In this document: positions 21,282 through 31,398 of the stretch, one piece after another
Position numbering within the stretch: the first letter of the stretch is position 1
Layout: every line of letters starts with the position of its first letter
IMG/VR virus record: IMGVR_UViG_2974778117_000001
Coordinates: 64,001-128,000 of that record
Reading direction: 5' to 3' (one strand)
DNA: 64,000 bases
Origin: a virus
Taxonomy: Duplodnaviria > Caudoviricetes
Notes under the pieces: model-generated
Told to the model about the DNA's origin: nothing
The model's input: the letters and a program-made list of their open reading frames with translations, nothing else
The model's database searches: none
Position numbers and translations under genes: made by a program

Positions 21282-21833
21282 ATGGCAGCCACAAGCGCAT
21301 CAGTTTCATCGTTCCTAGCGAATTTCCGTGGTGGCGGCGCACGTCCGAACCGCTACGAAGTCATCCTGACCTTCCCTGCTGGCATTCCGCTGGGTCTGGT
21401 GGCATCACAGAAGATCGCATTCACCTGCTCCGCAGCAGCCATCCCGTCCTCAAACATGGGTGTGGTCAACGCTCCCTTCATGGGACGTGAAGTCAAGCTG
21501 CCGGGCGACAAGACCTTCGACGACTGGACAGTCCAGATCATGCTCGACAACGACTGGCTGGGTCGTCGTGTGTTCGAGCGTTGGCACGATATGATGCTGG
21601 GCTTTGAGTCGAACACCGCTGCTCCGGGTATGCTGAATCCGGTCAACGCGTTCGCCAAGGCAATCATCAATCAGCTGGACCGTGCCGACAACGTGGTCGC
21701 AACCTACGAGATCGAGGGTATGTTCCCATCGCAGGTTGGTGAGATCACACTCGGCTATGACCAGAACGATCAGGTCATGCTGCAGCCGGTGACCTTCGCG
21801 GTCAACAACTGGCGTTCACGAGACATCGCTTAA
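21282..21833 (+). CDS. Tail tube protein gp19
   Basis: GGARPNRYEV, F.GR..KLPGD.TFDDW, QLDR, FP..VG.I.L. Confidence 0.95.
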   Translation: MAATSASVSSFLANFRGGGARPNRYEVILTFPAGIPLGLVASQKIAFTCSAAAIPSSNMGVVNAPFMGREVKLPGDKTFDDWTVQIMLDNDWLGRRVFERWHDMMLGFESNTAAPGMLNPVNAFAKAIINQLDRADNVVATYEIEGMFPSQVGEITLGYDQNDQVMLQPVTFAVNNWRSRDIA

Positions 21834-21840
21834 GCGAACT

Positions 21841-21862
21841 GGGCCCTGGGAAACCGGGGCCC
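21841..21862 (+). terminator. Stem-loop after gp19
   Basis: GGGCCCTGG-GAAA-CCGGGGCCC. Confidence 0.5.
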
Positions 21863-21901
21863 ATCCGTGAGGTAAATATCAATGACATAGAGGGATGATT
21901 C

Positions 21902-23495
21902 ATGCGAATTCCAATTCTAGGACTTGAAATCAAGCCTATCGGCAAAGAGCCGGAGGTTGATTCGTTCAACATCGACAAGGAGATGACCTCCGAGGCTGTG
22001 ATTGTTGACCACTATGGTCAAGGTGACACAGCAATTGACGGTGGCTTCAACGTTGTCCCGTACCAGCTAGCAGAAGTTCCGGCTGAGAAGCAAGAGCTGA
22101 TTCGCAACTACCGCGAACTAGCCGCCTCGCCAGAAGTGGATGAAGCTCTGACCGAGATCCGGAATGAGGTCTTCATCTTCGACGTGCCAGACAAGAAGGC
22201 GATTGAGCTGGACTTCACCGAGGAGTCTGAGCTTCCGCAGTCCATCAAGAACAAGATCCTCGACGCATATGAACACGTCTACGGCAAAGTCCTGAGCTTT
22301 GACCATCGTGGCATCCAGTACTTCGATGACTGGTATGTGGACGGCTGCATCTACCTCGAGAAGCGAGTGATCAAGGGTAAGGAGAAGCAGGGCGTTCATA
22401 GCGTCTCCGAGATTGACCCGACCCGCATTCGCAAGGTCCGTTTGCTGCCCAAGCCCGATCCGATCACCGGCGAGTTTGACGTCAACGCGATCCAAGAGTT
22501 CTACCTGTACAGCAACTTCGACCCGAAGATGTTCCCGATGAACCAGACCATTCAGGTCAACTATGGTTCACCGCTGGTCGGTCGTCGCATCCACAAGGAC
22601 GCGATCACCTACGTCCACTCCGGGCTGTTCGACCGCAACCTAGGTCAGTACGTCAGCTTCCTGAAGAAGGCGATCATCCCCTTCAACAACCTGAAGATGA
22701 TGGAAGACGCCATGGTGATCTTCCGAGTGGTTCGCGCACCTCAGCGTCGTGCGTTCTACGTGGACGTATCGGGTATGCAGAAGAACAAGGCTGACGCTTA
22801 CATGAAGGGGCTGTCAGCCCAGTTCAAGAACAAGATGGTCTACGACTCGACCAAGGGCACATTGTCCAACCGTCGAGCGATCCAGACCATGCTGGAAGAC
22901 TACTGGCTTCCACGCCGTGACGGCGGAAAGGGTACTGAGGTCCAGACCATTGACGGTCAGAACGCTCAGGACATCATGGATGAGATCGAGTATCTGCGCG
23001 ACAAGCTGTGGCGTGCCCTTGGCATTCCGCGTTCGCGCTTCGGCGATCAGCATCCACTTTCGTGTTCGGCAAGGGAATCGAGATTCAGCGAGATGAATAT
23101 CGGTTCACCAAGTTCCTGCACTTGCTGCGCTCCCGTTTCATCCTGGTCATTGAGGACCTGCTGAGGACCCATCTGATCCTCACCGGCGTCATCAAGCAGG
23201 CGGAATGGAGTGACATCCGCGAGTCTCTCGACTGGCAGTACACGGAAGATAACGCTTTCGTGGAGTTCAAAGAGTCTGAGATCATAATAACAGACTGGAT
23301 TCTCTTGCGAGAATTCAACCCTACGTCGGGACATACTACTCCATCGACACCGTAATGCGCAAGGTCCTCAGAATGACTGATGAGGAAATCAAGCTTGAGC
23401 AGGAGAAGATGAAGAAAGAACGTCCGGAAATTTTGAAACGTAAGAAAGAAGAGGCGGAGATCAATGGTGGCGACTTCAACAACAACTTCGGTTGA
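21902..23495 (+). CDS. Portal protein gp20 (two apparent deletions, ~23050 and ~23287)
   Basis: WYVDG, NLKMMEDA.VI.R..RAP.RR.FY.DV, EDYWLPRR.GG.GTE; continues IQRDE..F.KF and then INNRLDSL..IQPYVG.YYS. Confidence 0.95.
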
Positions 23496-23541
23496 CTCCC
23501 GCCTGCGCGGTCACTCCTTGCTGCGGGCTCTGACTGAGTCC

Positions 23542-24273
23542 ATGTCAAAGCATCTCGACAATCGCTTGCAGGACGGCTCGGTCATCGAGCTGCTTCCTGA
23601 GAACCTGATGGAACACGCTCCCCATGACGCGCTGATCGCTGATTGGGAAGCGATGGGTCAGCGTGAGAAGGATGCTGTGATCAGGCTCAAGGAGCTGGGA
23701 CGTCAGCTAGGCGGCGATCAGGGCGAGTACAGCGAAGGTTTCCTGTGCATCACCTTCAAGAACAAGCAAGCCGCTCAGGACTACATGGACGCTCTTGATA
23801 GCGATCCGGACGCCTGGGCATATGAAGCTGAGGCATACTACGAGGACCTGGTCCACGGCTACATGAATGACGAGGCTGTTCCGATTGAGAACATCGTCTT
23901 CGACAAGCTGTGGGAGATTGAGGTCTGCGTGGAGCTTGACCCCAGCATCGTGATGTATCCGCCAGTTGACGTGGAAGTCGATGAAGACTTCGAGTATGAC
24001 GACGCAACCGGAAGCATCATGGAAGTCCGCAGACGCATCAAGGTCAACTTCCGCGGTAAGCGCAAGATCAAGATGCAGTGCCGTCCGGGCTTCAAGTGGG
24101 ACGCTACCAAGCGTACCTGTATCAAGATCACAGGTGCAGAGAAGGCAGTTCAGCGTAAGGCGAACCGTCAGGCTCAGCGTACCAAGAAGGCCAAGGGTGG
24201 CGCATTCAAGGTTCGCGTGCAGCGCAAGACCAAGAAGGCAATGCGCTTCCGCAAGGCTCAGGGGCTGAAGTGA
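23542..24273 (+). CDS. Prohead core protein gp68-like with an acidic N-terminal region
   Basis: Basic C-terminus RKTKKAMRFRKAQGL as in gp68; lies between gp20 and gp21. Confidence 0.6.
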   Translation: MSKHLDNRLQDGSVIELLPENLMEHAPHDALIADWEAMGQREKDAVIRLKELGRQLGGDQGEYSEGFLCITFKNKQAAQDYMDALDSDPDAWAYEAEAYYEDLVHGYMNDEAVPIENIVFDKLWEIEVCVELDPSIVMYPPVDVEVDEDFEYDDATGSIMEVRRRIKVNFRGKRKIKMQCRPGFKWDATKRTCIKITGAEKAVQRKANRQAQRTKKAKGGAFKVRVQRKTKKAMRFRKAQGLK

Positions 24274-24946
24274 TGGAGTGCTTGCAAGAACGAGTAATGG
24301 ACTTCGAGAATCTCTTCGAGAAGACGGAGTCCGGTAAGAAGCAGTACAAGCTGAAGGGTATCTGCGTTCAGACCAACATCAAGAACCGCAATGGTCGCGT
24401 GTACCCCGCTCGTGTGGTGAACCCGGAAATCCAGCGCTTCATCAAAGAAGAGCTGGAAATGAACCGCGCCGTGGGTGAGTTGAATCACCCAGAAGGCGAT
24501 CCGCGGAACAACTACAAGAACGTGTCTCACAAGTTCACCAGTCTGGTTCAAGACGGTGACAACTGGATCGGCGAAGCAGTCGTCACGGTCGGTACGCCGA
24601 ACGGTGACCTCGTCGCTGGTCTGATGGACGCGGGCGCAACATGGGCATTTCCACCCGAGCCGTCGGCAAGACCAAGCTCTTTGAAGGCGTGAAGGTTGTT
24701 CAGAACAACTTCCGTCTGATTTCCCCCGGTGATATTGTCTCTGACCCATCCGCCCCAGACGCTTACCTCCAGAATCTGATGGAGAATAAGGAATGGGCTT
24801 GGGAGCACGGCGTGCTTGTCGAGCGCGAAGTCGAAGTGCGAACAGAGGTAAATAGATTGGCGAGGACAGGTGGGCTCAAGGATCAGAAGGCATTGACCGA
24901 ACTGTTCCAACACCTCATCAAACTTCGGAACACAGACAGGAGCTAA
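24270..24946 (+). CDS. Prohead protease gp21 (apparent deletion near 24638)
   Basis: KNRNGRVYP, GELNHP, VSH, TPNG, GISTRAVG, D.VSDPSAPDAY. Confidence 0.93.
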
Positions 24947-24947
24947 T

Positions 24948-25733
24948 ATGAACATCAACGAGAACCTGAAGGCCCTGGGCGAAAAGCTTGGGCTGGATGA
25001 AGAAGCAGTCACTGCGCTGGCTGAGGCATTCGACGCAGCTTGCTCCGAAGCCGAAGCGAAGGCTGGAGAGACCCACGCTGCCGAAATCGCTGCCCTAAAC
25101 GAGGCTCATGAAGCCGAGATCAAGGAGCTGAAGGCTGAAGCGAACGCATACGGCGAGCGCATCTACGAGAACACCCTGGAAGAGACCAAGCAGATCACCC
25201 AGGCTGCCGTGGATGAGTTCATCGCAGAAAACAAGGAGCAGTTTGTCACCACCGAAAAGTACGCCCGCTTGCAGGAGTCTTTCGAGGGTCTCAAGACGGC
25301 TCTGGAGGAAGTCGGTTTCACTCTCAATGAAAACCGTCAGGTAGAGGAGCTTCAGGGTCAGTTGGCGGAAGCCAATCGTGCCTATGAGGATACTCTAAGC
25401 GAGTTGAATGAATCTCGCAAGACTATCGAGGGTCTGGAACGTGCTGCTCTGTTTGAGTCGCATACCAAGGACCTGTCCGATCTGCAGCGTGAGAAGCTGA
25501 AGACTCTGATGGAAAACGTGAATGCGGATTCCAGCGAAGACTACGTCAACAGCATCGAGCTTCTGTCCGAGCAGGTAAAGCTGCAGGAAGAGAAGAAGGA
25601 CGACGATGATGAAGACAAGGAAAAGAAGTCCGATGAGGGCAAGAAGGACGACAACGACGACGAGGAGAAGGACAAGAAGAGTTCTCCACTCAACGAAAGC
25701 GTGGTTGCATTCTTGCAGCGTACTCGGCGCTAA
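24948..25733 (+). CDS. Prohead scaffold protein gp22
   Basis: Acidic coiled coil, LSDLQREKL..L.E; lies between gp21 and gp23. Confidence 0.8.
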   Translation: MNINENLKALGEKLGLDEEAVTALAEAFDAACSEAEAKAGETHAAEIAALNEAHEAEIKELKAEANAYGERIYENTLEETKQITQAAVDEFIAENKEQFVTTEKYARLQESFEGLKTALEEVGFTLNENRQVEELQGQLAEANRAYEDTLSELNESRKTIEGLERAALFESHTKDLSDLQREKLKTLMENVNADSSEDYVNSIELLSEQVKLQEEKKDDDDEDKEKKSDEGKKDDNDDEEKDKKSSPLNESVVAFLQRTRR

Positions 25734-25787
25734 GATTGAAATCTGTAAATAGAATCGAAAATCCTCTTTAGAGAGTTAGGAGCAAAA

Positions 25788-27026
25788 ATGAGCGACAACA
25801 CCGAACAGAAGTCCCACAGCGAGTTGCTGCTGGAGAAGTGGGACGGCGTACTTCACGCGAAGGGCGAGCAGGAAATTGTCTCGACCCACCGCCAGAAGGT
25901 CACCGCACAGCTGCTGGAGAATACCCAGGAATACCTGGCTGAATCGAGCAACGTGACGTCGGGCGTGCAGAATTGGGACCCGGTCCTGATCGCAATGGTC
26001 CGCCGCATGGCACCGAAGCTGATTGCGTATGACTTCCTGGGCGTTCAGCCGATGTCGGCTCCGACCGGTCTGATCTTCAGCCTGAAGGCACGCGCTGCAC
26101 AGACTCCGCCGAATGGCAACCCGCAGGGTGGTCCGGAAATCCTGGGTCTGGATGAAGCGAACACCGCTTACTCCGGTCGCGGTACCCACGCTGGCGATGA
26201 CCCGTTTGACGCGGCATTTGAAACCGGCTTCACCAAGACCACAGCCGCAGGCGAAGTGGATCTGTGGAACTCGGTCGGCGTGACCATTGACAAGGTCAGC
26301 ATCACTGCTGGTACTCGTCAGCTGCGCGCAGACTACTCGATCGAACTGGCTCAGGACATGAAGCGTGTCCACGGTCTGGACGCTGACGCTGAACTGGTCA
26401 ACATCCTGTCGAGCGAAATCATCGCGGAAATGAACCGCGAAGCAGTGCGTACTTGCTACTCCGCTGCGAAGCTGGGTGCTCAGTTCGCAACCACTGCTGG
26501 CACGTTCGACCTGAACGCCGACGCAGATGGTCGTTGGAGCGTCGAGCGCTTCAAGGGTCTGATGTTCGCCATCGAGCGCGATGCAAACCGCATTGCAATC
26601 GAATCTCGTCGCGGTAAGGGTAACTTCCTGATCGTGTCGAGCGACGTGGCTTCGGCTCTGGCGATGGCAGGCATCCTGGACTACGCTCCGGCACTGAACA
26701 GCCAGGTGAACCTGGAAGTGGACGCAACCGGCGCGACCTACGCTGGTAACGCAGGTCGCTACCGCGTGTACATCGACCCATACCTGGGCGTGGACGCGTA
26801 CCTGGTCGGCTACAAGGGTAGCTCGGCATATGACGCAGGTTTGTACTTCGCGCCATACGTTCCGCTGGAACTGTTCCGCGCTACGGACCCGACCAACTTC
26901 CACCCGGCTCTGGGCTTCAAGACTCGCTACGCGATGGCAGAGAACCCGTTCGTCGGCAACAGCACCAACATCAAGGCGAACAACAACTTCTACTACCGCA
27001 AGGCGAAGGTCACCAACCTTCTGTAA
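25788..27026 (+). CDS. Major capsid protein gp23
   Basis: LLEKW, MVRR..P.LIAYD..GVQPM..PTG.IF, YSIELAQD...VHGLDA..EL.NILS.EI, F.P..GFKTRY. Confidence 0.97.
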   Translation: MSDNTEQKSHSELLLEKWDGVLHAKGEQEIVSTHRQKVTAQLLENTQEYLAESSNVTSGVQNWDPVLIAMVRRMAPKLIAYDFLGVQPMSAPTGLIFSLKARAAQTPPNGNPQGGPEILGLDEANTAYSGRGTHAGDDPFDAAFETGFTKTTAAGEVDLWNSVGVTIDKVSITAGTRQLRADYSIELAQDMKRVHGLDADAELVNILSSEIIAEMNREAVRTCYSAAKLGAQFATTAGTFDLNADADGRWSVERFKGLMFAIERDANRIAIESRRGKGNFLIVSSDVASALAMAGILDYAPALNSQVNLEVDATGATYAGNAGRYRVYIDPYLGVDAYLVGYKGSSAYDAGLYFAPYVPLELFRATDPTNFHPALGFKTRYAMAENPFVGNSTNIKANNNFYYRKAKVTNLL

Positions 27027-27046
27027 TAGAAGCGCCTCAAGAGATC

Positions 27047-27069
27047 AACCCCGCTTCGGCGGGGTTTTT
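27047..27069 (+). terminator. Rho-independent terminator after gp23
   Basis: AACCCCGC-TTCG-GCGGGGTT followed by a T-tract. Confidence 0.9.
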
Positions 27070-27108
27070 CTTTGCCTGAAATTTCTTCAAATCATTTGCT
27101 CAGACCCC

Positions 27109-27137
27109 TTGTATTGGTTCAAAGAGTATCATACAAT
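27109..27137 (+). promoter_or_regulatory. Early sigma70-like promoter
   Basis: TTGTAT-17 nt-TACAAT with GAGTATCA before the -10. Confidence 0.7.
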
Positions 27138-27163
27138 AGAACCAAGTTAAGGAGACGACAACG

Positions 27164-27871
27164 ATGACCACGCTTCAGGATGTTCTGCCCAGCGAGTTCC
27201 GCGGTTACAGCGATACGGAAGCATACAAGTACAAGGATGTCAAGGTAGTCGAGAGATTCGACGGCACGGTGACTCCTTGGCCCGGTCACGAGAAGCACGT
27301 CTTCTGGTGGTTCCTGCTGGAGAACGGCAAGCGAGTCGGCTGGAACGAAAACCCCTCGCGCGGTTGGACCTTCCCGGTTCTGGGTAAGGCCCGCAAGCCG
27401 AAGAAGACCCGTCGGGTGTATCGCCTGAACTTCATCGGTCATCGTTGCAATGGCCCTTACCACAGACCAGAAGGGTCGCTCAGCGACGACGTTCTGGACG
27501 CGATCTATGACGCCCGGAATGACCTGATCGAGCACGCTACTCCGTATTCTCAGCAGAGCAAGGCTAGCTGGGAACGCGGTGAAGATAGCGAGATCTACAA
27601 GTCGATCAGCGCGGCGAATGCGAAGTTCCTGAACGAGAACGGTCATGAAGGTAACAAGGGCTACTTCGGGTGGTCGAAGCCGGGCCTGATGATCGGCTAC
27701 TTCCGGAACATGGAAACCTGGAACTTCGCCTTCAAGGCATTTGAAGTGACCATCCTGGAAGTGTCGGAAGATGAATCGTTCATCTACCCGGACGGACAGA
27801 TCGTGTTTGATATGGCCAAGGCGGCGGTGGTCAAGACCATCCGGACCGTTGAAGAACTGGAGGCGATGTGA
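27164..27871 (+). CDS. Hypothetical two-domain early protein
   Basis: AGGAG RBS; C-terminal part is paralogous to the next gene (VYRL..GPY..FGW..DGQIVF). Confidence 0.7.
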   Translation: MTTLQDVLPSEFRGYSDTEAYKYKDVKVVERFDGTVTPWPGHEKHVFWWFLLENGKRVGWNENPSRGWTFPVLGKARKPKKTRRVYRLNFIGHRCNGPYHRPEGSLSDDVLDAIYDARNDLIEHATPYSQQSKASWERGEDSEIYKSISAANAKFLNENGHEGNKGYFGWSKPGLMIGYFRNMETWNFAFKAFEVTILEVSEDESFIYPDGQIVFDMAKAAVVKTIRTVEELEAM

Positions 27872-28256
27872 TGATCGTGTATCGACTGGAACAGCGCCTC
27901 ACCGGCGAAGGTCCGTTCACCGGTCGCAGTTACGGAGGGTGTCATGTTGAACAGCATAACCCGCCGTGTTCTTACGACCTGATCGGTGACGAATTCAGGC
28001 GAATGAACAGCCTGCTAATGCAGGGCGCATTCTTCGGGTGGACCACAATCGAGAAGATGGACTGGTTCATCCGCCGCGGATGGCGAGCCCTGCATCAGCT
28101 CGACTATGTCGTCACTGAGATCGAGGTGGACGAGAAGAACACATTCGTCTTTGAAGACGGTCAGGTGATCTTCATCAATTTATCCGCAAGCAGTCGTGGT
28201 CGGTGCGTGAGTTCTGCAAGATGCACGATGAAATCAAATTTGGGAGCGATGTATGA
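27868..28256 (+). CDS. Hypothetical early protein, paralog of the upstream C-terminal domain (apparent deletion near 28180)
   Basis: VYRLE..GPF..FFGW..WF..DGQVIF; corrected frame ends in an ATGA overlap with the next gene. Confidence 0.65.
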
Positions 28257-28579
28257 GAATGTGGATGGTTGACCCGAAGCTGCTTTGTACCAAGCACCTG
28301 CTCGGTGAACACGTCGAGACACATATGTTCGTCGGTACGATCAGGGCGAAGAAGAGTCTCGGCGGTTACATCAAGAACGGTCTCGTGAACACCGACCAGA
28401 TCCGCGAACGCCACGATCAGCTGGCTGAGGAGATGGTCCGTCGTGGCATGAACCATAACAGCCCTCTAGCAGAATACGACGAGCCGAAGGCTGTGCGCTC
28501 GGTGGACGTCGGCGTGTCGTTGGAAGAGCTCTGGAACCGCTGCCCGAACTGCGCGAAAAGAATTGCAGATTTCTTGTAA
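28253..28579 (+). CDS. denV: Pyrimidine-dimer DNA glycosylase (endonuclease V family)
   Basis: MRMW.VDP..LC.KHLLGEH.E, RHD.L..EM.RRG.NH.SPL. Confidence 0.75.
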   Translation: MRMWMVDPKLLCTKHLLGEHVETHMFVGTIRAKKSLGGYIKNGLVNTDQIRERHDQLAEEMVRRGMNHNSPLAEYDEPKAVRSVDVGVSLEELWNRCPNCAKRIADFL

Positions 28580-28585
28580 AAGTAC

Positions 28586-28614
28586 TTGCATTCCGTCAAA
28601 GAGTATCATACAAT
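28586..28614 (+). promoter_or_regulatory. Early sigma70-like promoter
   Basis: AAAGTAC-TTGCAT-17 nt-TACAAT with GAGTATCA. Confidence 0.75.
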
Positions 28615-28655
28615 AGATACAAGATAAGGGGAATAGGTCCCCAAGGAGAACGGAA

Positions 28656-28879
28656 ATGATCCTGACCAAGTTCAACAAGATCCTCGAGAAAGACACGCCC
28701 GCCTGGAACTGGTGAAGGGTGAAGGCTACTTCTACTGGGTCGGCGTGGGCACGGAGTACTTGGATGACGCATCGGTTCCGGTCTGTCACTTCTACCACCT
28801 CAGCGCCGAGCAGTGGATGAGCGAGTACAAGAAGCTCATGGAAAAGCTGGTCGAGATCCGTGCGGAGCACAACCTGTGA
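28656..28879 (+). CDS. Hypothetical early protein (apparent deletion near 28700)
   Basis: AGGAG RBS; restoring G gives PGLELVKGEGYFYW...EHNL* overlapping the next start. Confidence 0.55.
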
Positions 28880-29127
28880 AGCTGATCGCTATCCCCGCAT
28901 ACCAGGCCTGGTCGATCTACGCAGAGACCGGAGGAGCCGAACAGATCTGGTCACGCTCGCCGGTCAATCCCAGCTCCTATGATCTGGTGCTGAAGATGGA
29001 ATGGCTGAAGTTTGACGGCGGTGGATACCAGGTGACCCTGCACGAGATCGATAGGATCATCGGTCAAACCGATCCGCTCTACATTGATGAACAACTCTTT
29101 GACGAATTCCTGAACACGGAGAACTGA
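28876..29127 (+). CDS. Hypothetical early protein
   Basis: GTG start coupled to the upstream stop. Confidence 0.55.
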   Translation: MKLIAIPAYQAWSIYAETGGAEQIWSRSPVNPSSYDLVLKMEWLKFDGGGYQVTLHEIDRIIGQTDPLYIDEQLFDEFLNTEN

Positions 29128-29128
29128 G

Positions 29129-29326
29129 ATGGACGAACAGATGTTGCGTGAAGCTCTGGAAGCTTACCTGAAGGGGTGCCGCCTGCGCGTCAACTTCCAC
29201 GAATCGCACGTATACTACGACGATTCCTACCTGGAAGTCGCCCTGGAAAGCCCGGAAGGTGAAGTCCTCGTAGAAGGTAAGGAGACCCTGCCGCAGTGGG
29301 AGCGCTCACGTCGCAGCGATTGGTAA
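29129..29326 (+). CDS. Hypothetical early protein
   Basis: 65 aa, GGAG RBS. Confidence 0.6.
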   Translation: MDEQMLREALEAYLKGCRLRVNFHESHVYYDDSYLEVALESPEGEVLVEGKETLPQWERSRRSDW

Positions 29327-29397
29327 GTGTTTCATAAAACCCTAGATCCAGAACCGATCCTCCATTAGAATCTAAGGACTCAAATGGAGGATTTTTC

Positions 29398-30000
29398 ATG
29401 TATCCGGTAATCGGTTTCAGTGGGAAGATTGGATCGGGCAAGGACTCGGCAGCGACGTTCTTGATGCAGGCAATCGAAAAGCATGACCTGCCCGAGTATA
29501 TGCGCTATGCGTTTGCTCGACCGCTCAAGGAAGCATCGTCATTCATGTTCGGATGGACGATGGATCAGATTGAAGACCGAGCCTTCAAGGAAGCGGTAGA
29601 CCCGAATTGGGGATTCACCCCGCGCCGCGCAATGCAGCTGCTGGGTACGGAGTTCGGTCGCGCACTAAAGCCGACACTCTGGCTGGACTTCGCAAGCAAG
29701 GCACTCAAGCGTTCCCGGGAAGATGGCTGGGCAGGTCTGATCGTGACGGACGTGCGCTTTGAGAATGAGGCTCAGTGGATTCGCGATCAAGGCGGTCTTC
29801 TGATTCACGTCACCCGTGAAGAAGACACCAAGCCAAAGTCGTGGTTCCGTCGTCTGCTGGACAAGCTGATCAAGCCGAAGGTTCACTCGTCCGAGATCAT
29901 GCCGGCGTTCGTGGAAGGCGACTTCAAGATCTACAACACCAAGAGCCTGGAAGCCCTGAAAGATAAGATGGAGTGGGTCGCCCAAACCGTCCTGAAGTGA
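29398..30000 (+). CDS. dNMP kinase (gp1-like)
   Basis: G..GSGKD, FA.PLK, TPR..MQ.LGTE.GR, TDVRFENE, HSSE. Confidence 0.92.
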   Translation: MYPVIGFSGKIGSGKDSAATFLMQAIEKHDLPEYMRYAFARPLKEASSFMFGWTMDQIEDRAFKEAVDPNWGFTPRRAMQLLGTEFGRALKPTLWLDFASKALKRSREDGWAGLIVTDVRFENEAQWIRDQGGLLIHVTREEDTKPKSWFRRLLDKLIKPKVHSSEIMPAFVEGDFKIYNTKSLEALKDKMEWVAQTVLK

Positions 30001-30030
30001 TAAATACTGGTTTCCACACGGAGATCGGTC

Positions 30031-30504
30031 ATGAGGAACATCACCAAGGTGGTTGTGCATTGCAGCGCGACTCCTCCGGATATGAACATCGGAGCAGACA
30101 CCATCAAGCGATGGCACGTAGACCCGCCACCGAAGGGAAATGGCTGGGCTGATATCGGCTATCACTGGGTCATCAAGCGTGATGGAACCCTGGAGAAGGG
30201 TCGTCCGGAAGAGAAGCAAGGTGCTCACACCTCAGCGAACGGTGGCAATGTGGATTCCATTGGAGTCTGCATGGTTGGCGGTGTTCGTCGGGAAGGCAAC
30301 AAGCTCGTCACCGAGAACAACTTCACTCCGGAACAGTGGTGGACGCTGAAGCAGGTCCTACAGGATCTGACCCGGCGCTATCCGAAGATCGTCTCTATCA
30401 AGGGTCACCGCGACTACGATAAGGGCAAGGACTGTCCGAGCTTCAATGTGACCGAATGGCTGAAGCTGGAAGGTTGCATTGACGGGAGATTCTGGAATGG
30501 CTGA
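30031..30504 (+). CDS. Endolysin, N-acetylmuramoyl-L-alanine amidase (T7 lysozyme-like)
   Basis: VVHCSAT, GWADIGYH, GAH, SIGVCMVGG, GHRD..K.CPSF; late promoter at 30001. Confidence 0.93.
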   Translation: MRNITKVVVHCSATPPDMNIGADTIKRWHVDPPPKGNGWADIGYHWVIKRDGTLEKGRPEEKQGAHTSANGGNVDSIGVCMVGGVRREGNKLVTENNFTPEQWWTLKQVLQDLTRRYPKIVSIKGHRDYDKGKDCPSFNVTEWLKLEGCIDGRFWNG

Positions 30505-30976
30505 GAAACCCCGCGCCATCAATATGAACGCGGCTCTGAACACTTCTCTGTACCTGGAAATCCCAGGTATGGAGGAGATCAACTACTTTGTTCAGAACGC
30601 GGAGATTCCCGGTATGCAGATGGTCGGCGTTGATTCGCCGTATCAGAAGCACGGTACCAACGTTCCATCAAACCGAATCGAGTATGATCCGTTCAACTGT
30701 GTCATGATCGTTGACGAGGACATGCGAAACTTCGAGATGATGAAAGAGTGGTTTGAGAGAGTCAGAGACACCGAACCGGTCATTGACGAGCTGAAGACCT
30801 TCACCTTGCACATGACCACGTCACGGAAGACAGCGAACGTCCAGATTGTGTTCCACGGCGCCTATCCGACACTGGTTGGCGCGATGACGGTCAACTCCGA
30901 CGCATCGGAAACCAATCCGGTTGTATGCTCACTGTCGTTCCGCTATCAATACTACGAGATCAAGAGGAACAAATGA
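30497..30976 (+). CDS. Tail completion protein gp3
   Basis: YFVQ...IPG, IEYDP, VDEDM.N, F.GAYPT, SFRYQYY; followed by uvsY-uvsW. Confidence 0.85.
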   Translation: MAEKPRAINMNAALNTSLYLEIPGMEEINYFVQNAEIPGMQMVGVDSPYQKHGTNVPSNRIEYDPFNCVMIVDEDMRNFEMMKEWFERVRDTEPVIDELKTFTLHMTTSRKTANVQIVFHGAYPTLVGAMTVNSDASETNPVVCSLSFRYQYYEIKRNK

Positions 30977-31398
30977 AGCTAGAAGAACTCCAGGCAGAAA
31001 TGGAGGTTGATTCCAAGATCGACCCGAACGCACTTGATATGGCATCCCTGGAGATTCCGAAGATCCACGCCAAGTGGTATCGGTATTTCATGGACGAGCT
31101 TCGCACGATGAAGCTCCTTGACACTGAGTACAAGGTTCTGCTGAAGGAGCGGACCATGTACTACATGGGTTCCGCAAGTGACGATAAATACAAGGAAGAG
31201 CCGCTGAACATCAAGGTCATCAAAGTTGACCTGCCGCTCTACCTTGAGTCTGATACGCATCTGTCCAAGAACAGGTTGCGGTTTGAAATGCAGAAGGCCA
31301 AGGTTGACATGATTGAACAATTCATCAAACAACTGAACAACCGCTCCTTCCAGATCAACAACGCGATCAAGTGGAGGGAATTCCAGGCAGGTAAGTAA
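30973..31398 (+). CDS. uvsY: Recombination mediator
   Basis: DSKID...LD.ASL.IP..HAKW, YY.G, R.FQI.NAI.W..FQAG. Confidence 0.9.
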   Translation: MKLEELQAEMEVDSKIDPNALDMASLEIPKIHAKWYRYFMDELRTMKLLDTEYKVLLKERTMYYMGSASDDKYKEEPLNIKVIKVDLPLYLESDTHLSKNRLRFEMQKAKVDMIEQFIKQLNNRSFQINNAIKWREFQAGK

